DNA from: Eledone cirrhosa
Taxonomy: Eukaryota
Assembly (NCBI GenBank): GCA_964016885.1
Contig: OZ024747.1
Coordinates: forward strand, 34,844,001 to 34,908,000
DNA: 64,000 nt
Reading direction: 5' to 3'
Shown: in pieces, positions 26,323-41,148 of the stretch
Position numbering within the stretch: position 1 is the stretch's first letter
Layout: each line of letters starts with the position of its first letter
The notes under the pieces: model-generated
Database searches by the model: none
What the model was told of the DNA's origin: nothing
What the model saw: only the letters and a program-made list of their open reading frames with translations
Program-made: the position numbers and the translations under genes

Positions 26323-26569
26323 AATAATAATAAATTTATAATTAACGCTGGACCCTTTCAAGTCTCTGTTGCAGTTTTTTTTCTTTCACGCTCACTCTCT
26401 CTCTCTCTCTGTCTTTCTCTTTCTCTCTCTCTCTCTCTTTCTTTCTCTCTCTCTCTATCACTCCATGACTTTCTCACTAGATTTATCTCTCTCTCTCTTT
26501 CTCTCTCTAAACGTTTCCCTACCCTTCTCGCTATCTCTCTCTACACTTTCCCGCTATCTCTCTCTCTCT

Positions 26570-29500
26570 CCCTTCTACAGTGAAATGGGCTGCACGCAAG
26601 GAAGAAATGAAATTAAAAGCCAGCGAAATATGTCAAAGTTGGAACTAGAGGTGTTGATCTAGGGATGGAGCCTGCCTGATGTGTCACTATCAACCAAAAA
26701 AATTGCGTAGACTTTGAAAAACCATGGCTTCCTGAGGAATTTGGCGCAAATAGAGATAAATTGAGAGGGCCTATGTCCTCATAGCGCCACATATGACCAT
26801 GCTAAGCAGTGTCCTCAAGGAAGAGAAAGACGGAAAGAAAGAAAAAGAAAAGGAAGAAAGCACAACCACTGACCTGAAAACAATGAGATACCCGCTTCCA
26901 CAGTCAAAGAAGGCAGACTGGGCAAACAACAGGCAAGGGGTAAAGGTGAGAAGCGAAATCACCATCCGAAAGATAACAACCAAGCTGAAAGGGACCAGTC
27001 GAGAACTGTCCAAAGGAAGAACAAAAGTCACCGAGACACCGGGAGCAAGAAAATCTAGGTTACATGCAAGTTATTCAGGAACAGGACCTGCTGGCATCGA
27101 TAAACAGGGAGAGGCTATAGTTTCGCTCACCCCAGGTCTCAAGTGAGCTACGCCCAACCTATCCACACAAAATGCCCCAGCCAAAACCAAAACTAGAACC
27201 GATACAAGCTTCCCCAGAAGTATGCTGATGTCGCGCGGACCGGACCGACAAAGAGGAGAAAGCACGCATATGCAGATGAGATACAGATGACAGCAGCAGA
27301 ACAAAATAATTTTTTAGAGATGGCGGAGAGGTCTGTGGAAAAATTGACCTGTCTGCATCGTTTTCAGACCTAGGGTCATTCACACAAGCACTAACCGCTA
27401 ACACAAGGCCAGGTGCCACACTGATAGCCATTGCTGACACCCCAAATGTCACACCAGTGCTGTTGTTGGATGTCAGAGGTCAGGTAAAACTCATTAACAT
27501 GAGTAAAATGTCCTACCTGGGAGACCTAGCCACAAGCTATCATGCAATATACATGGCACTAACCGAAACGCACCCGACAAGTAGTATAGCACATGCGCAA
27601 ATACTTATACCAAAGTATACTGTATTTCGTTCGGACAGGAATGAGAGATCTCATGGTGGGCTTCGTGAAGATATCACAGTCATTGTACTGTTGAAATATT
27701 CAAACTCAGTTTGTGACACACTGATGGTACATATGAAACAACGGAAAACGGTAATATGTGTCACATATTGGCCACCCTATACCCCTAATCATGAGAGAAA
27801 ATTTGAGGATAGCCTCAGAAGGATAGAAGTGGTCCTTGACAAACTGTACCATGGTCTCAACATTCTGCTGTTGGGAGACTTTAACCTACCAAGGGTCAAA
27901 TTCCCTAAGGGCCACCTACTCCCTGGAATGACATCACTAGAACAGAGACAGGTACCCTCAAACACAGACTGTTCATGGAACAAGCAGTATTCCTCCCAAC
28001 AAGAGGCGAGAATGTCCTAGATCTCTCCTTTACAAACAACGCAGTGCTCATCCACATTGTAAAGGTGACACCAACGATTTTCTCGGATCATAACTTAGTA
28101 GAAATAATTGTAAGTGGTCCGAGAGAGTTAACAGAGACGCAACCATCAAGAAGCACCGGGAATTATACAAGGCTAACTGGAAAAAGATCAAGAAAGAGAT
28201 CCAGAAGCAAATATGGAACGACATCACCACAGAAGACACCAACACACATTTTCAACACTTCATGACAACAATACAAACTATATGCCAAAAGTTTGTTCCG
28301 GATAAAAAGGTCAACGGACACACATATCTTATTTCCAGAGACAGGAAAATCCTTATGAGTCGAAGAAGCTCTCAAACCACTTGAATGCACAACAAAATGA
28401 TAAGAAGGAATCCTATTTGAAATGTGAACTACTTGACATTGAAACTCCACTCAAAATTACCCATGAAAAGGAGAGGGCAGAGAGAGAGAAATCGGGGCCA
28501 TAGAGAATATTAAAACAAACCCTAAGACCTTCTTTAAATTTACAAAAGAGACTGGGCCACTCTTCCATAAAGATGGTTCATTAACCGAGAATCCCCAAGG
28601 GGTAAGTGAAATGTTGAAGGAACAGTACAAAAGTGTGTTAACACGTCTACTGGGGCACGTGCAAATAACAAAGCCAAAAGATTTCTTTGATGCCACAACA
28701 CTCCATGTAAAAATGGCGACCATCAACCATATAGACATAACGGAGGGGCATGTGGTATTCGCCATAGAGGAAATTAGAACAAACTCAGCTGCTGGACCTG
28801 ATAGATTCCCAGCAGTCCACCTAAAAACATGTAAGCGTGCCTTTGCAACTCCACTGTCGACCCTCTTCAGAAGCTCCTTAGGTAGTGGTAGACTACCCAG
28901 AGAGCTGAAAGAAGGCACAATATGCCCTATCCATGAAAGAGGAAGCAGAGCTGAGGCCAAAAACCACAGGCATGTGTCCCTGACGTTACTTATCAGTAAG
29001 GTCATGGAGCGTATCATCAAAAAGAAACTGATCACGTTCCTCGAGTAAAATGACCGCCTTACTAGCACGCAGCATGACTTTCGCCCAGAAAGAAGCTGCC
29101 TTACACAGCTGCTACAAGAGTACGCGTGGGTACTGAAACTACTACTAGACAGTGCACATGTGGACGTAATATATCTTGACTTTGCGAAGACCTTTGACAA
29201 GGTCGACCACGGAATGATATGTCACAAGCTACACAGACTCGGCATCATTGGAAACGTAGGTGAGTGGCTGCATGACTTCTTAAAAGACAGAAGCCAGTCC
29301 CAGCAAATGGGGCCCTCTCAAAGGAAACATCAATAACAAGTGGGGTGCCCCAGGGTACAGTCTTCGGACCACTACTGTTTTGGTGGCTCTCTCAGACATG
29401 CCCACTGTAGTACATACAACTTCCCTCATTAGCTATGCTGATGACAATAAGGTAGCATAGGCAATCAAAAACACGGCTGATGCTGCCTTTCTACAAACAG

Positions 29501-30415
29501 GTCTGGATGTCATATACAAATGGGCTGAGGAAAACAACAAGCTGTTTAATGCTGGAAAAAGTCAAGCCCTACAACCCCAACGTGCAAACACATATACAAT
29601 ACAACACAGCTACACTGGACCATGAGGGATCGAAATTCCCGAGTCGAAATCGATACGAGACGTGGGAATAGACATGAGCGACGATGCATCTTTTTACTCA
29701 CACATCATGAAGGTGACGATAATGTGCAGACGACTCGCTGGCTGGATCTTGAGGACCTTCCGGAGAAGAGACTGAGAGAACATGTTGATACTATGTAGGA
29801 AATATGTCCGAAATGGCCTGGATTATTGCTCCCAGCTGTGGTCACCCTATAGTGTCAAACTAACCACGGATCTTGAGGCAGTCCAACGAAGTTACATCAA
29901 GAGGATTTTGACGATGAAGGAGATAAGCTACTGGGAGAGGCTAAAAGAACTGAACGATCTTGGAACGAAGAGAACAGAGATACGCAGTTATATACATATG
30001 CCAAATCCTGGAGGGACCCGCACCAAACTTTGGCATTGGGAGCTGGACTAACCCCCTAACTGGACGTCACTGAGTGGTGCCAAAGAGCCCGTCTTCATCA
30101 TCTAGAATAAGGAGCAGATATTTCAATAGCCTGGACTTGAAAGGCCCTCAACTCATCAACAGGCTGCCGAGGGAGTTAAGAGACCTACATGGTGTGGACG
30201 TGATGTTTTCAAGAATATCTCGACATCCTGCTATCCAGGATCCCGGATGAGCCCACAGCATGGCACGAGGGAAACCTAAGTGTAGCAACAACGAACTCCT
30301 CCTTGCAGCAATGGCAACCAGAAAAGGCTGGGGATAGAATGTGTAGCAACAAGGGTAGTGCCCAACATGATCTCAGCCAGGTGGCTGGTACAGGTAAAAG
30401 AGTAAAAGCGGAAAA
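26570..30415 (+). mobile_element. Degenerate CR1-group LINE (ORF1 remnant, APE, RT)
   Basis: ALTETH, SDRNERSHGG, LLGDFN, SDHNLV, AAGPDRFP, IYLDFAKTFDKVDHG, GVPQGTVFGPLLF, YADD, LDYCSQLWSP; many frameshifts. Confidence 0.88.
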
Positions 30416-30424
30416 AAGTATATA

Positions 30425-33400
30425 TAATATTAATAATAATGATTTCATTTATTGGCCACAAGGGCCAACATATAGGGGACAATACAAAATACTGGGACAG
30501 TGGGGTTTACAGAAAAATCGAGTAAACAATATGAATAACAATAATAAAGTAACAACAGAAATGCAACAATAAAAATTCCCCAATAGGGGGGATGACCACC
30601 CAGGGTTCGCACAGGTATCCAACCAATCCAGAACGACCCGACGCTTCGAGAGCATCCTGGAAGGGCACCCCCTCTCCTCCTTAAATTTACCCACCTAGAG
30701 ACACATGACCAGAGTAGGCCCACTCACACGGGCCATTCTCGCCACATTCACCCACCTTTCAGCAAATGTACTGGGGGCAGCACTTCTCTCTCCACCGTCA
30801 CCTTCCTTTCCAAGTGAAACTCGAAAAAGTTGATGAGGGATTGGCCGAAGAGAAAAGTGTCTGGCTTCAGTCCTTTCAACCTCGTCCACCATAGAACCTT
30901 TTTCGCTACTGCCACCAGACACAGGAAAATGTCCTGCCCTTCCTGGCCAAAAGAAGGCGACGGGTCGATCTTCACTATGGACTAGGCCGAGAGCCGGATC
31001 CGTTATACACGCGACATCAGTTCCACAAGTCAGTAATGCAAGGACACTGCACGAGTGCGTGCAGAACGGTTTCGTCGCTCTCGCGCATCTCGGTCAGGTC
31101 CGTCTGACAGTACCTCCGTGCCTGTAGTTTTTATCTCAAACCGGCAGGGCCCACTGGTAGCACTGCCAAGCGAGGGATTTTGGGAAATTATCCATCGTCC
31201 CCGGCTCGAAATTCCTCCGGAACAGACTGGTTGGTTCGACGTCGTCGACTCGCAGAGCCTCTTCGACTGTGTCGTCGCACTTGCCCACCACTAATCCTCT
31301 ATAGAACTCGAGAGTGGAAGTTCCACTGGCCGCATTGCCCGCCTTGTAGAGGGCAGTGAGTGCCTGGAAAAGTTACAGATGCCAGTCGCCCAGACGCGGT
31401 CTCTACTTGATCCAGGACTGCAGCTCAGTTCAAGAAACGAGCTGCGGAAAGGGCCGCCTGACAAACGGTGACCACACCTGTTCACCATTTAGGCAGAATA
31501 TCTTGAGATGCCGCAGCCTCAGCGCGTTTATGCCCAGCCCTCCACGTAGAGGGTGCTGGCAGCAGATGGACCGCCTCACCAGCGGAACCATATCCTCCAC
31601 AATAATTTGGAGAGGAGCGAACGGGGTGAGGTGCGAACTACGATCAGACGGTAGTAGATGACGGACGCGATGTACGCGTTCACCCCCTCCACCCGACCTT
31701 TCAGTGATAGCTTTCTCGCAGCCCATTTCTGGGTGAGTCTGGCTACCCTTCCCGTCACCTCGTCCCAATTCTCATCCACCTGGAGGTCTGGCCCGAACCA
31801 AACCCCGGGAAGCACTACCGGTCCGTCCGTCCAGCGCCTAACGACGCTGTTGTACGGCATGGACTTGCTTCTCCAGGTGCTGAGTTGCAAGCCCACCGAC
31901 TTTTCAGTGTTAAGTTTTGCTCCCGTCAACCTTTCATATTACTCCAATAAGTTGCAGACAACCTCGATTTCTGAGGTGTCCGACATAATCACGCTGATGT
32001 TGTCCGCATAAGCTGACACAAGCTTTCCGCGTCCCGGTTCGAGCGGAATGTCCTGCAACAGCTCATGATTCCGGAGTAAAGGCTCGAGAGTCAATACGTA
32101 CAGAAGGGAGGAGAGAAGGGACCCTTGACGGACTGATCGCGAGACCTGATTCGGTTCCGAGAGGTGGCCATTATCTTTGACCATCGAGCAGGTACCGCTG
32201 TGCATTGCAGTGATCAAGCTTCTGAAGACGGGGCCGAAGCCAGCCGCCTTGAGGACAGCCTCAAGGTACTGATGGTCGACCCTATCGAATGATTTTGATT
32301 GATCTAAATTGATCAGAGCCCCACCGAAGACAGGTTTACACCCTACAGTCACTATGACGTATCGTATTAGGTGGAGATTGTTGTGTATGGACCTGGTTGG
32401 GATTGCACTAGTTTGCACTCCCCAGCCAAATCCCCGACGCCAAGCTCCAACCTCTTCGCTAATACGCTGGCCAAAATCTTAAACTCTGGGCCTGAAATTG
32501 TCTAATTTGTCCTTCTTGTTCTCGTCTTTCGTTATCAGCGTCACTACGCCCCGGCTCACAGAACTGGGAATGCTCCCGTTCTGCTGCCAGTTGCAGTAGA
32601 GCGCTTCGAGGAGATTGGAGTACAAGTCTGGCATATTTACGTAAAGCTCGTAAGGTAGACCATCCAAACTGGGTGACTTGCGTCTCATACAGCCGGCAAG
32701 GGAATCCTGAATCTCGGCTGAAGTAATCGGCCTTTCGCAGCGCCCAGCGTCGCCGTCGATATTTTCGGCAATCCAACGAGGTAGGGACTGAAGTCCGCCA
32801 TCGCCTCTGACCCGCCACTGCTCCTGAACAACCTAGCAAAATGTTGGCGAAAGGCCTCACACATCCGCCTGGAATCGCTCAGCTCGTGTCCATTTCGGTC
32901 CGTCAAAGACCGAATTGTGGTTTTATTACCACGCCGCGCCTCTGCCACGCGTGCCCATCGAACAGCTTTGGTTGCCTCGTTTCTCAGAGCACGCGACTTA
33001 GCTCTGACAATGCAACCTTCGTGTTTCGCATAGATGAAATTGTCTGCCATTCTCGCCGCTAGAACGTTAGTTGCAATGCCACTACAGATAGCCTCGTCTA
33101 ACTTATCTACCAACTCCCGCTCCTTTCTGTTTTTCTCTAACGCTACATCTTTGCTAAACTCTATCGACATTACCCTAATCTCTCTTTAGAGAGCCCCCCA
33201 CCATCTATTGTTGACGACTTCCCCTGTCAACTTTTTCTTAGCTAAATTGTTGATCTGGTCCCTGTAAGCCTTACGTGCCGGAAATGACATGTTCAGCTTC
33301 TAGTAACTATGTCCTAATCTACGCATCTTATCTAGGTCGACCATGCAGATCACAAACTTGCGATCTGAATAGGCGACCGTTTTAAAACGTGGACAGCTTA

Positions 33401-35745
33401 CGCTATTTCTGTCTATTTTCCGAATGAATATCCTGTATATATACGATCTAGATGACCCTATGCGGTTAGTGCAGGTCCACACTGGCTCATTAGGGAAATC
33501 TAGTCGGTACCTGTCAGACAGTTGGAACTGGTTGATCAGGTTATTGAGGCTTCTGCACACTCCGCTCTTATCGGATACACCCACAGAGTCCCAACGTGCG
33601 TCTAAGATGCCGTTCCACTCCCCCGCTTACAGTAAATGGCGAAACGTACCCAGAAAGGCTTCCAGGAGTCTAATGAAGTGCGGCGGTCCTGCCCCACTAG
33701 GGGCATAGACGGCCACCAGTCTAAAGGCACCGCCTTCGTTATTGTTCACGTCCAAGTCCACCAACTTCCCGTTCGGGACCCGGAATATCGACCTTACCTT
33801 GAGATCCAGGCCTTTCCTAAACAACAGTGCCACCCCACCTCCCATTCCCGGCCGACTAACAGATACAAAATCTGATAGTCGTCGAAAATAGGGGCTAGTG
33901 CGCATGTGTCGGAAATCCTGGTCTCGCTGACGGCAATTATATCCATTTCTAGCCCCCTGAGGTCGTTGATCAGGTGACCCTGCTTCCTGGACGATCCCAG
34001 GCCTCGAACATTTAAACTTGCTACTCTAAATACGACCATGTTGGCAGGTTAAAAGATAGAGGATAGGTTTACTTACCTCTGGGCTCTTGTGAAGGTCTGG
34101 TGGTTCGACCTGCATAGTTGGTGGGTTTTATTTTTGGAACCCCTTTAAAAGTCTTGAAGAGGGTTTTACGTTCCGGTTTCCCACGTCCCGAGGAAAGCTG
34201 TCTCGTATCTCTTTGTATAAATCGAGCGACATTCGCACCAGAAACAAATCTTCCGGCACGCGAAATGTGCTCGATTTAAAAATGTCCCCCTCTTTTTGTA
34301 AATTTTCACTTCGTGCTACGAGGGCCATCGGTTTCTTGTTGGCCCTCCTGACGAGCACAATGTTTTGTATGTTTTGTTGGTGTGATTTTATTTGTTTGCG
34401 TGGCTGTGGTGGTGATGGTTTTGAGTGTGTTGTTTCGGTTGTGTCTGTGTTTATGGTTTCAGATGTTTGTGTGTGTATTTGTTCTTGCGTCTGTTTAGGA
34501 TGTTTGCGTCTGGGGGATTCAGGTGATGGTGATGGTGGTGTTGATGTTGGTGTTATTGGAGAGATGTTTGCGTGGATGTTTTTGTGCTTTGTTGAGGTTT
34601 TTTTGTGTTTCCTTTTTCGTATTTTGGGGGATTTTGGTTTTCCCTCATCTTCACTACTGGTAGATGAGGGGTCTGTGTCTGTAAGTGTGTCTGTGTGTGT
34701 GTTTATGTTTTTATTGATGTGTGTATTTTGGGAGGAGGGGGAATTTGACCATGTGGGAGGGGTACATTATGAACTTGCTGGTTTTGCAAGGCGTCATAGA
34801 ATGTTTCATAGCGAGGGCTGCTGACTTGAACTGCCCGAAATTGTGCCGTACTGTCTGCCCCTCGCTATGTATTCGGTGTCATCTCTGATGCACTTCAGCG
34901 CGACTTCAACATCTGCTTGTGGAATTAAAGCTGCCCTTTTGATTTGTGCTGAGATGCATCTACAATGCACCGTACTGCGCTTCACTGCCTCAATAGCTTC
35001 AACCGGGACAGTTAAGTTGGCCCAGGTTTGCTCTTGCTTGATGAGTTTCCAGGACTGGGCCAACATTTCATCTTTGTTTGAGAGGTCCATGTTGAAGCAT
35101 GACCTCTTTTTTGCTGCTGCCGCTGCGAAAGTGTTCTTCCTGTTGTCGTAGGGTGTGTTGTTGTTGTTGTTGTCGTTGTTGGTGTTGGTGTTATCACTGT
35201 CGCTGTTATCATTGTTGTCTTTGGTGCCGCCGTTGTTCTCGGTGCAGTTAGTATTGTTGCTGTTGGTGTTGTTGCTATTTGTTTTCATGTTAGTGGTGTT
35301 GATATTGTTGTTGCATATGCCATTATTTCTGTTATCTGTATTTTCCTTGTCGCTGTTACTGTCATTTTTTTCAAAATTAGGGTTCTCGGTGTTGTTGTCA
35401 TTGCTGTCTTTGTTCACATTGTTTGTGGTGATGTTTGTTGTATCAATTTCTGTTAATTTCACGGTAGCGCGCCTCTCAACTTTTATGTCGTTGTCACACG
35501 ACAGCAGACATATTGCTGGGGGGCGTGACTCAGCCATGTATTTTTCTGTTTATTTTTGTTTTTGTGTTTTTTATTTCGATAATTGTTTTAACATGTAAAA
35601 GGCCCAAATATTATTCTTCCCCCTTCACAGGGCAAAGTTAAAAGGCTTGAATGCCTTACACTACAACAACAAAATTCAGTAAATAAGTTTTGACAGATAA
35701 ATAAATAAACTTTCGACAGGGAGCAAAAAGACGTCCGTTCAGACT
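30425..35745 (-). mobile_element. Near full-length degenerate Tx1/L1-like LINE
   Basis: Asn-rich ORF1 from 35537; ORF2 from 34039 (VASLNVRGL, VSETR, AVYAP, KSPSLDGLP, LDQSKSFDRVDH, VRQG, AYADN); 3' end GTGGCCAATAAATGAAATC(ATT)n. Confidence 0.92.
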
Positions 35746-38700
35746 CAATAATGATAATAATAATAATGATAATAATAATGATTTCTTTATTGGCCACAAT
35801 GGCTGAAATCAAGAAAAACATTACAGAGGGCAAAGGAGGGTACAGGACGGTACGATGTGGGTTTTCTGCGTGTAAAGATTTTTATTATTTATATAAGAAA
35901 AGAAAAAAAGACATAGAAACATATATATATATAAACAATAAAAATGAAAATTGAAACAATGAAAAATTCCACAATAGGGGGGAAAATCTCCGAGGGTTAC
36001 TCGTGGCGAAAACCACACAAATGACCACGACCACCCTGCCCACCAGGACAAGCGCCCTCTCTCAATTTTTCCATTTCTCAAACTACAGGCGGATCATTCT
36101 CGCTACATTCACCAACCTTTCAACAAACTTGCTAGAAGGCACGACTTGCCTCTCCACCCTGATTTTCCTCTTCAAGTGAAACTTTAAAAAGTTAATTAGG
36201 GATACGCCGAAGGGGAAATTGTCTGTATTTAACCCTTTCAACCTTGTCCACCACTCAATGTCTTTCGCCATGGCCACCAGGCAGATGAAAACCGCCCCCC
36301 GTTCCTCTTCGAAGGAAGACGCTGAGACCATCTGCACAATGGACTCAGTCGATAACCGGATCAGTCCTACACGCGACAGCCACTGTTAGACATAACTCCA
36401 CAAGTCAGCAATGCTCGGGCGCTGAGTGACTGCGTGCTCGACGGATTCGTCGCTCTGCGTGCATCTCGGACAGGCTCGGCTGACGGCACTTCCGTGCCTG
36501 TAGAGCATATCTGGAACCGGCAACGCTCCCCGGTAGCACTGCCAGGCCAGGAATTTTTGGAAGTTATCCATAGGCCCTGGGCTGAAAGTTCTCCGGAAGA
36601 GAGCAAACGGCTGATCTTCTTTGACGCCCAGGATCGCTCCGAGAACGTCGTCACTCCTCCCCTCCACTAGTCCTCTATAGAACGCCGAGGTGGATGTTCC
36701 ACCGATACTGGTGACCAGCTGGCAGAGAGCAGTGAGCGCCTGGAGACATTCCAGTTTCCAAGCGCTATCCCTCGGCCTTTTCCTGGACTGCAGCTCCGTC
36801 AAGGAGACGAGCTGTGGGAAAACGTGCCTGCCCAACGGCGACCACACGTGTTCACCGTCAAGGAAGCACCAGGGATGTCGCAGCCTCAGCGCATGTTTGC
36901 GCATTATCAGCCATGGCATGCCCAGTCCTCCACGCAAAGGGTGTTGACAGCAGATAGATCGTCTGACCATGGGAGCGCCTCCCTTCCACAAAAAGCGGAA
37001 GAGGAGGCGCTCCATTTTGGTGGGAGTTGGGCCGGGGCAAACGACGACGGTGAGGCGGTAGCAGATCGGATGTGATGTACGCATACGCCACCTCCGCCCG
37101 GAAATTCAGGGACAGCTTCCTCTCGGCCCATTTCTGGGTGAAGGAGGCCACCTAGCTCGTCACATCGTTCCAGTTTTTCTCCATGTGGATGTCCGGTCCG
37201 AACAAGACCCCGAGCAATTTAACCGGTCCGTCCGTCCAACGCCCCCACGACGCTGTCGGACGGCATGGACTTGCCTCTCCAGGTGCCGAGCTGCAAGCCT
37301 ACCGACTTTTCCTGGTTTCTCGTTGCTCCTGTCACCCCTTTGTATACCTTGAGAGCGGTGCCGAGGATGTGGATGTGTTTGGTGCTCGAAACCACAACGG
37401 TGAAGTCGTCGCCGAAACCCGACGCGGATTTCCCGCATCCTAGTTCGCGTTGGACGCCTCCTTGTCGCCCCCAGTTTGTGCAGTAACGGCTTGAGAGCCA
37501 ATACGTACAATAGGGACGAGAGGGGACATCCCTGGCGAACCGAGCGCATGATGCTGAACGGCTGCGACAGGTGACCATTAACACTCACAAACATCAAGCA
37601 GATCCAGCCCCTAAAAACGGGGCTGACAACCGGAAATATGTCGTTGTGCATCGCATCGATGCAACCTCTAAAATCTCGCCCGAACACGGCCGTCTCGAGG
37701 ATGCAGCCAGGTACCGATGGTCGACGTATCAAATGCTTTGGATTGATCCAAGTTGATCGGCGCCACAGCCGCACCAGGTTCCCTAACCACCTTCTCTTTG
37801 ATGTATCGCATGAGGTGGAGGTTGTCGTGCATGGATCTGTCCGGAATGGCGCACGTCTGCGCCTCTCCCACCAGACCATTGACGACAAGCGCCAGCCTCG
37901 TTGCTAGACACTTTGGCCAAAATCTTGAACTCTGCGTTTAGCAGGGTTATGGGCCTGAAATCACCGATAACATCCCCCTTGTTCGGGTCTTTTCTAAGCA
38001 ACGCCACCGCTCCCCTGCTCACAAAACTGGGAATGCTCCCGTTCTGCTGCCAGTTGCAGTAGACGTCTTCTAAGAGGTCACCGAACAAGTCTGGCATAAA
38101 TAAATAAAGCTCGTCGAGTAGACCATCCAAACCTGGCGATTTACCCATTGCGCAGTTAGCCATCGCTTCCCGTATTTCACCGGCTGTTATTGGCGTTTCG
38201 CAACACTGTGCTGCGGTCGTTGAGTGCCGAGGCAGTCCGTCGAGGTATGCACTGAAGACCATGTCCCGATCCGGACCGCTGCCGGTCCCGAACAGTTCAG
38301 CAAAGTGCTGCTGAAAAGCTTCACACATCCGCTCGGGTTCGAGCATCACGCAGGTTTTGGTCAGACGAACACCGAATTGTGGCTTTGTTACCACGTCGCG
38401 CCTCTGCCACCCGGTCCCATTGGACGGCTTTTGACCCCTCGTGTTTCAGAGAACTCGCTCTAGCTCTGACAATGCAGCCTTCGTATTTTGCGTTGAAGAA
38501 TTGGTCGAGTGCCAATCTCGCCGCAAGCACGTCGGTTGCGATGCCTGTCCTAAACGCCTCTTCTAGCTTTCTGAATAGCTCTCCCTCTACTCTATTTTCC
38601 TCTATCACTAGTCCTTTGCTAAACCTAATCGACTCTACTTTAATTGCTCTTTTCGGGCGAACCACCACCTGTTGTTGACGATCGCTCCCCTCAACGTCCG

Positions 38701-40940
38701 CTTAACTAATACGCTAATCCGGGCTCTGTAGGCTTTCCGCGCCGGGTAAAACGCGTTCAGCTTCCTGTAACCAGGCCCTTGTCTATGAAGTCTGTCTATG
38801 TTGATCTCACACATAACAAATTTGTGGTCTGTGTAGTCGACTATTTTAAATTGTGGACAACTTTTCCTAGCCTTATCTAGTTCTCTGCAGAATACCCTAT
38901 CGAGATACGATCTGGATGACCCGATGCGGTTTGTCCATATCCACATTGGCACATACGGGTGATCCAGTCGATACCTGTAAGACAATTCAAAACGTCTGAG
39001 CAGGTTGGTGAGGCTCTTGCACACTCCTCCCCTATCCACTAGCCCCACACGATCCCAGTGTGCATCCAAGATACCGTTCCAGTCGCCCACTAACACTAAA
39101 GAGCGGGACGTTCCAAGAAGGTCTCTAGACGTCTGTTGGGGCGTAGACGGCTACTAGCCTGAAAGCATTGCCTTCACTGCCGGTCACGTCCAGCACCACC
39201 GACCTACCTTCTGGATCTAGGAAGATGGCCCGTATCGCGAGATCCAAGCCTCTCCGAAAAAGGAAGACAACCCGTCCCCCCGATCCTGGACGGCTGAGAG
39301 ATGCGTATACATCGTAGCCGCCGAAGATCGGTGCGAAGGCTTATGCTTCGGAGATTCAGGTTTCACTGATGGCCACCACATCTATGTTTAGTGACCTGAG
39401 GTCGTTGAGCAGGTGACCTTGCTTCCAAGATGACCCCAGGCCACGTGCATTTATACTGCCTATTCTGAGTACGGCCATGTTGGATGGGGAACCATGCAAG
39501 TGAGAAAGGGTCACTTACCTTGTTCGTGTGGTGAAGGGACAGTAGCACCGTCCCTTTCGCTGGTCATGGGTGTTTCCAAGAGGATGTCAGTGTATATCCA
39601 CTTGGTAACCGACCCTCCGAAGTCTCCAACTGCGTTGGGGAATTTTTCTTTTAAAGGTTTGTACTGTTCTGTTGAGATTTCGATGATGCTTATATTTGTC
39701 GGGAGAGTTCTTGGTGTTGGTGGTGTGTAGTAGTTTTTTTCTGTGATGTGTGTGTGCTGCTTTATATATTGTATGAGTTTTTTTTGCCATGTTTATGGCT
39801 GTGTACTTTTTTGGGGAAGGGCGATTTTGCTGCTTTTTTCTTCTTGTTGCTGTTTGGTCTGTGTGTCTTGTGTTTGCGTTGTTGGTGTTTTTGGTGATGC
39901 TGGTGGTGGTGTGGTTGTTGTTATCAGTGGTGTTTGTGGTGGTGATAGTGGTGGTATTGCTGCAAGTTTCCTTGCTGCATTTACCCCTCTTTGTATGCCT
40001 TCGCTTTTGGAGGGTGAATCTAAGGTTTTCTTTTTCTTTTTTCTTTTTTTGTGGCAGACCGTTTGCTACTTAACTCCCGCCTCAAACTCCATGTCGGATT
40101 CTGTGGCGTCTGGGAGGGGTTTGTGCTCCACGGCTGTTGGTGGTGGTAGTGGAGCCCTCTTCGGCAATTTTCTTGCTGGTGTAGCTACTTCAAATGTAGC
40201 TATTGGTGTTGCCGCCACTGATGATGCTGCTTTAGTTATCCGTGGCCTTGGTACGGGTGCTACGGACGTTACCCTTCTACTCACCGTGGAAGGGGCTTCT
40301 TTGTTTGTTGCCTGCCCTGCTCTTGATAGCAGCGGACCAGGTATTGGAAGGAGAGGAGCCTTCTCGCTGTCTTCTGCGGGCAAAAGGCCCTGAGGTGACC
40401 CTTCGATCCACAGAGATAACATTTTGGCCGTCTTCCTTCTACACTTATAGGGATCTGGAGTACTTCCTCGATGTCTATGATATCGGGGATAGAGTCGATA
40501 CATTCCTGGTCAGTTTGTATAATCATTTGCATGCCTATACCTAACCAGTTCTCTCTCCCTATTTGTTCTACTTGCAGCATGGTCGTCCTGTTCTCGATTC
40601 CAGCAAGGACAGACGCGGCCAGCCAAGGTATGGGCACGTGGGCTGGGATCTGGGTCACTTTGACCCTCACAATTTTCTGCCTGCAGTAAGAGGGCACCAA
40701 GACTATCTCCTAATTCTTTAGGGTTTCCAAAGAGTGAGACTTTGCTCCATGGGGTGTGGAGAAAAGTACGTCTACTGTGGCGTACGTTCTGCCTCAGGTG
40801 ATGTGGGTTTTGTGTGCCCAGACGCACCCCAAGGCCTTTGGGATTTGAGCCTCCGTGGCTCTCTCCACCCGATGTGAGATTTTGCTTACGGTGAGGTAAG
40901 TCACCGTCCGTAGCTGCTGGTCCTTGAACAAATCGGGTGG
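35746..40940 (-). mobile_element. Second, divergent Tx1/L1-like LINE
   Basis: ORF1 with CCHC knuckle CYLCGSKGHLRAFC (40281-40700); ORF2 from ~39478 (GDWNG, SYLDRV, KSPGLDGL, FRPITLLN, VRQGCPLS, RGGLG); (ATT)n tail. Confidence 0.92.
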
Positions 40941-40941
40941 T

Positions 40942-41148
40942 CAAGTGACAAAAGAAAATACAGTATAAAATCAACAAGTGACGGAAAGAAAATACAGTAC
41001 AACATCAATAAGTGACAAAAGAACATACAGTATAAAATCAACATGTGACAAAAGAAAATACAGTATAAAATCAACAAGTGACAAAAGAAAATACAGTATA
41101 AAATCAACAAGTGACAAAAGAAAATACAGTATAAAATCAACAAGTGAC
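40942..41148 (+). repeat. 33-bp minisatellite, ~6 copies
   Basis: CAAGTGACAAAAGAAAATACAGTATAAAATCAA repeated; reads KRKYSIKSTSD. Confidence 0.92.

Noticed and set aside
35155-35598. Leu/Val-rich membrane-like ORF (also 34213-34824 and 39743-40393)
   Set aside because: Antisense shadows of low-complexity Tx1 ORF1 regions
40942-41148. 33-bp array as CRISPR
   Set aside because: Contiguous tandem units without spacers in a eukaryotic LINE context
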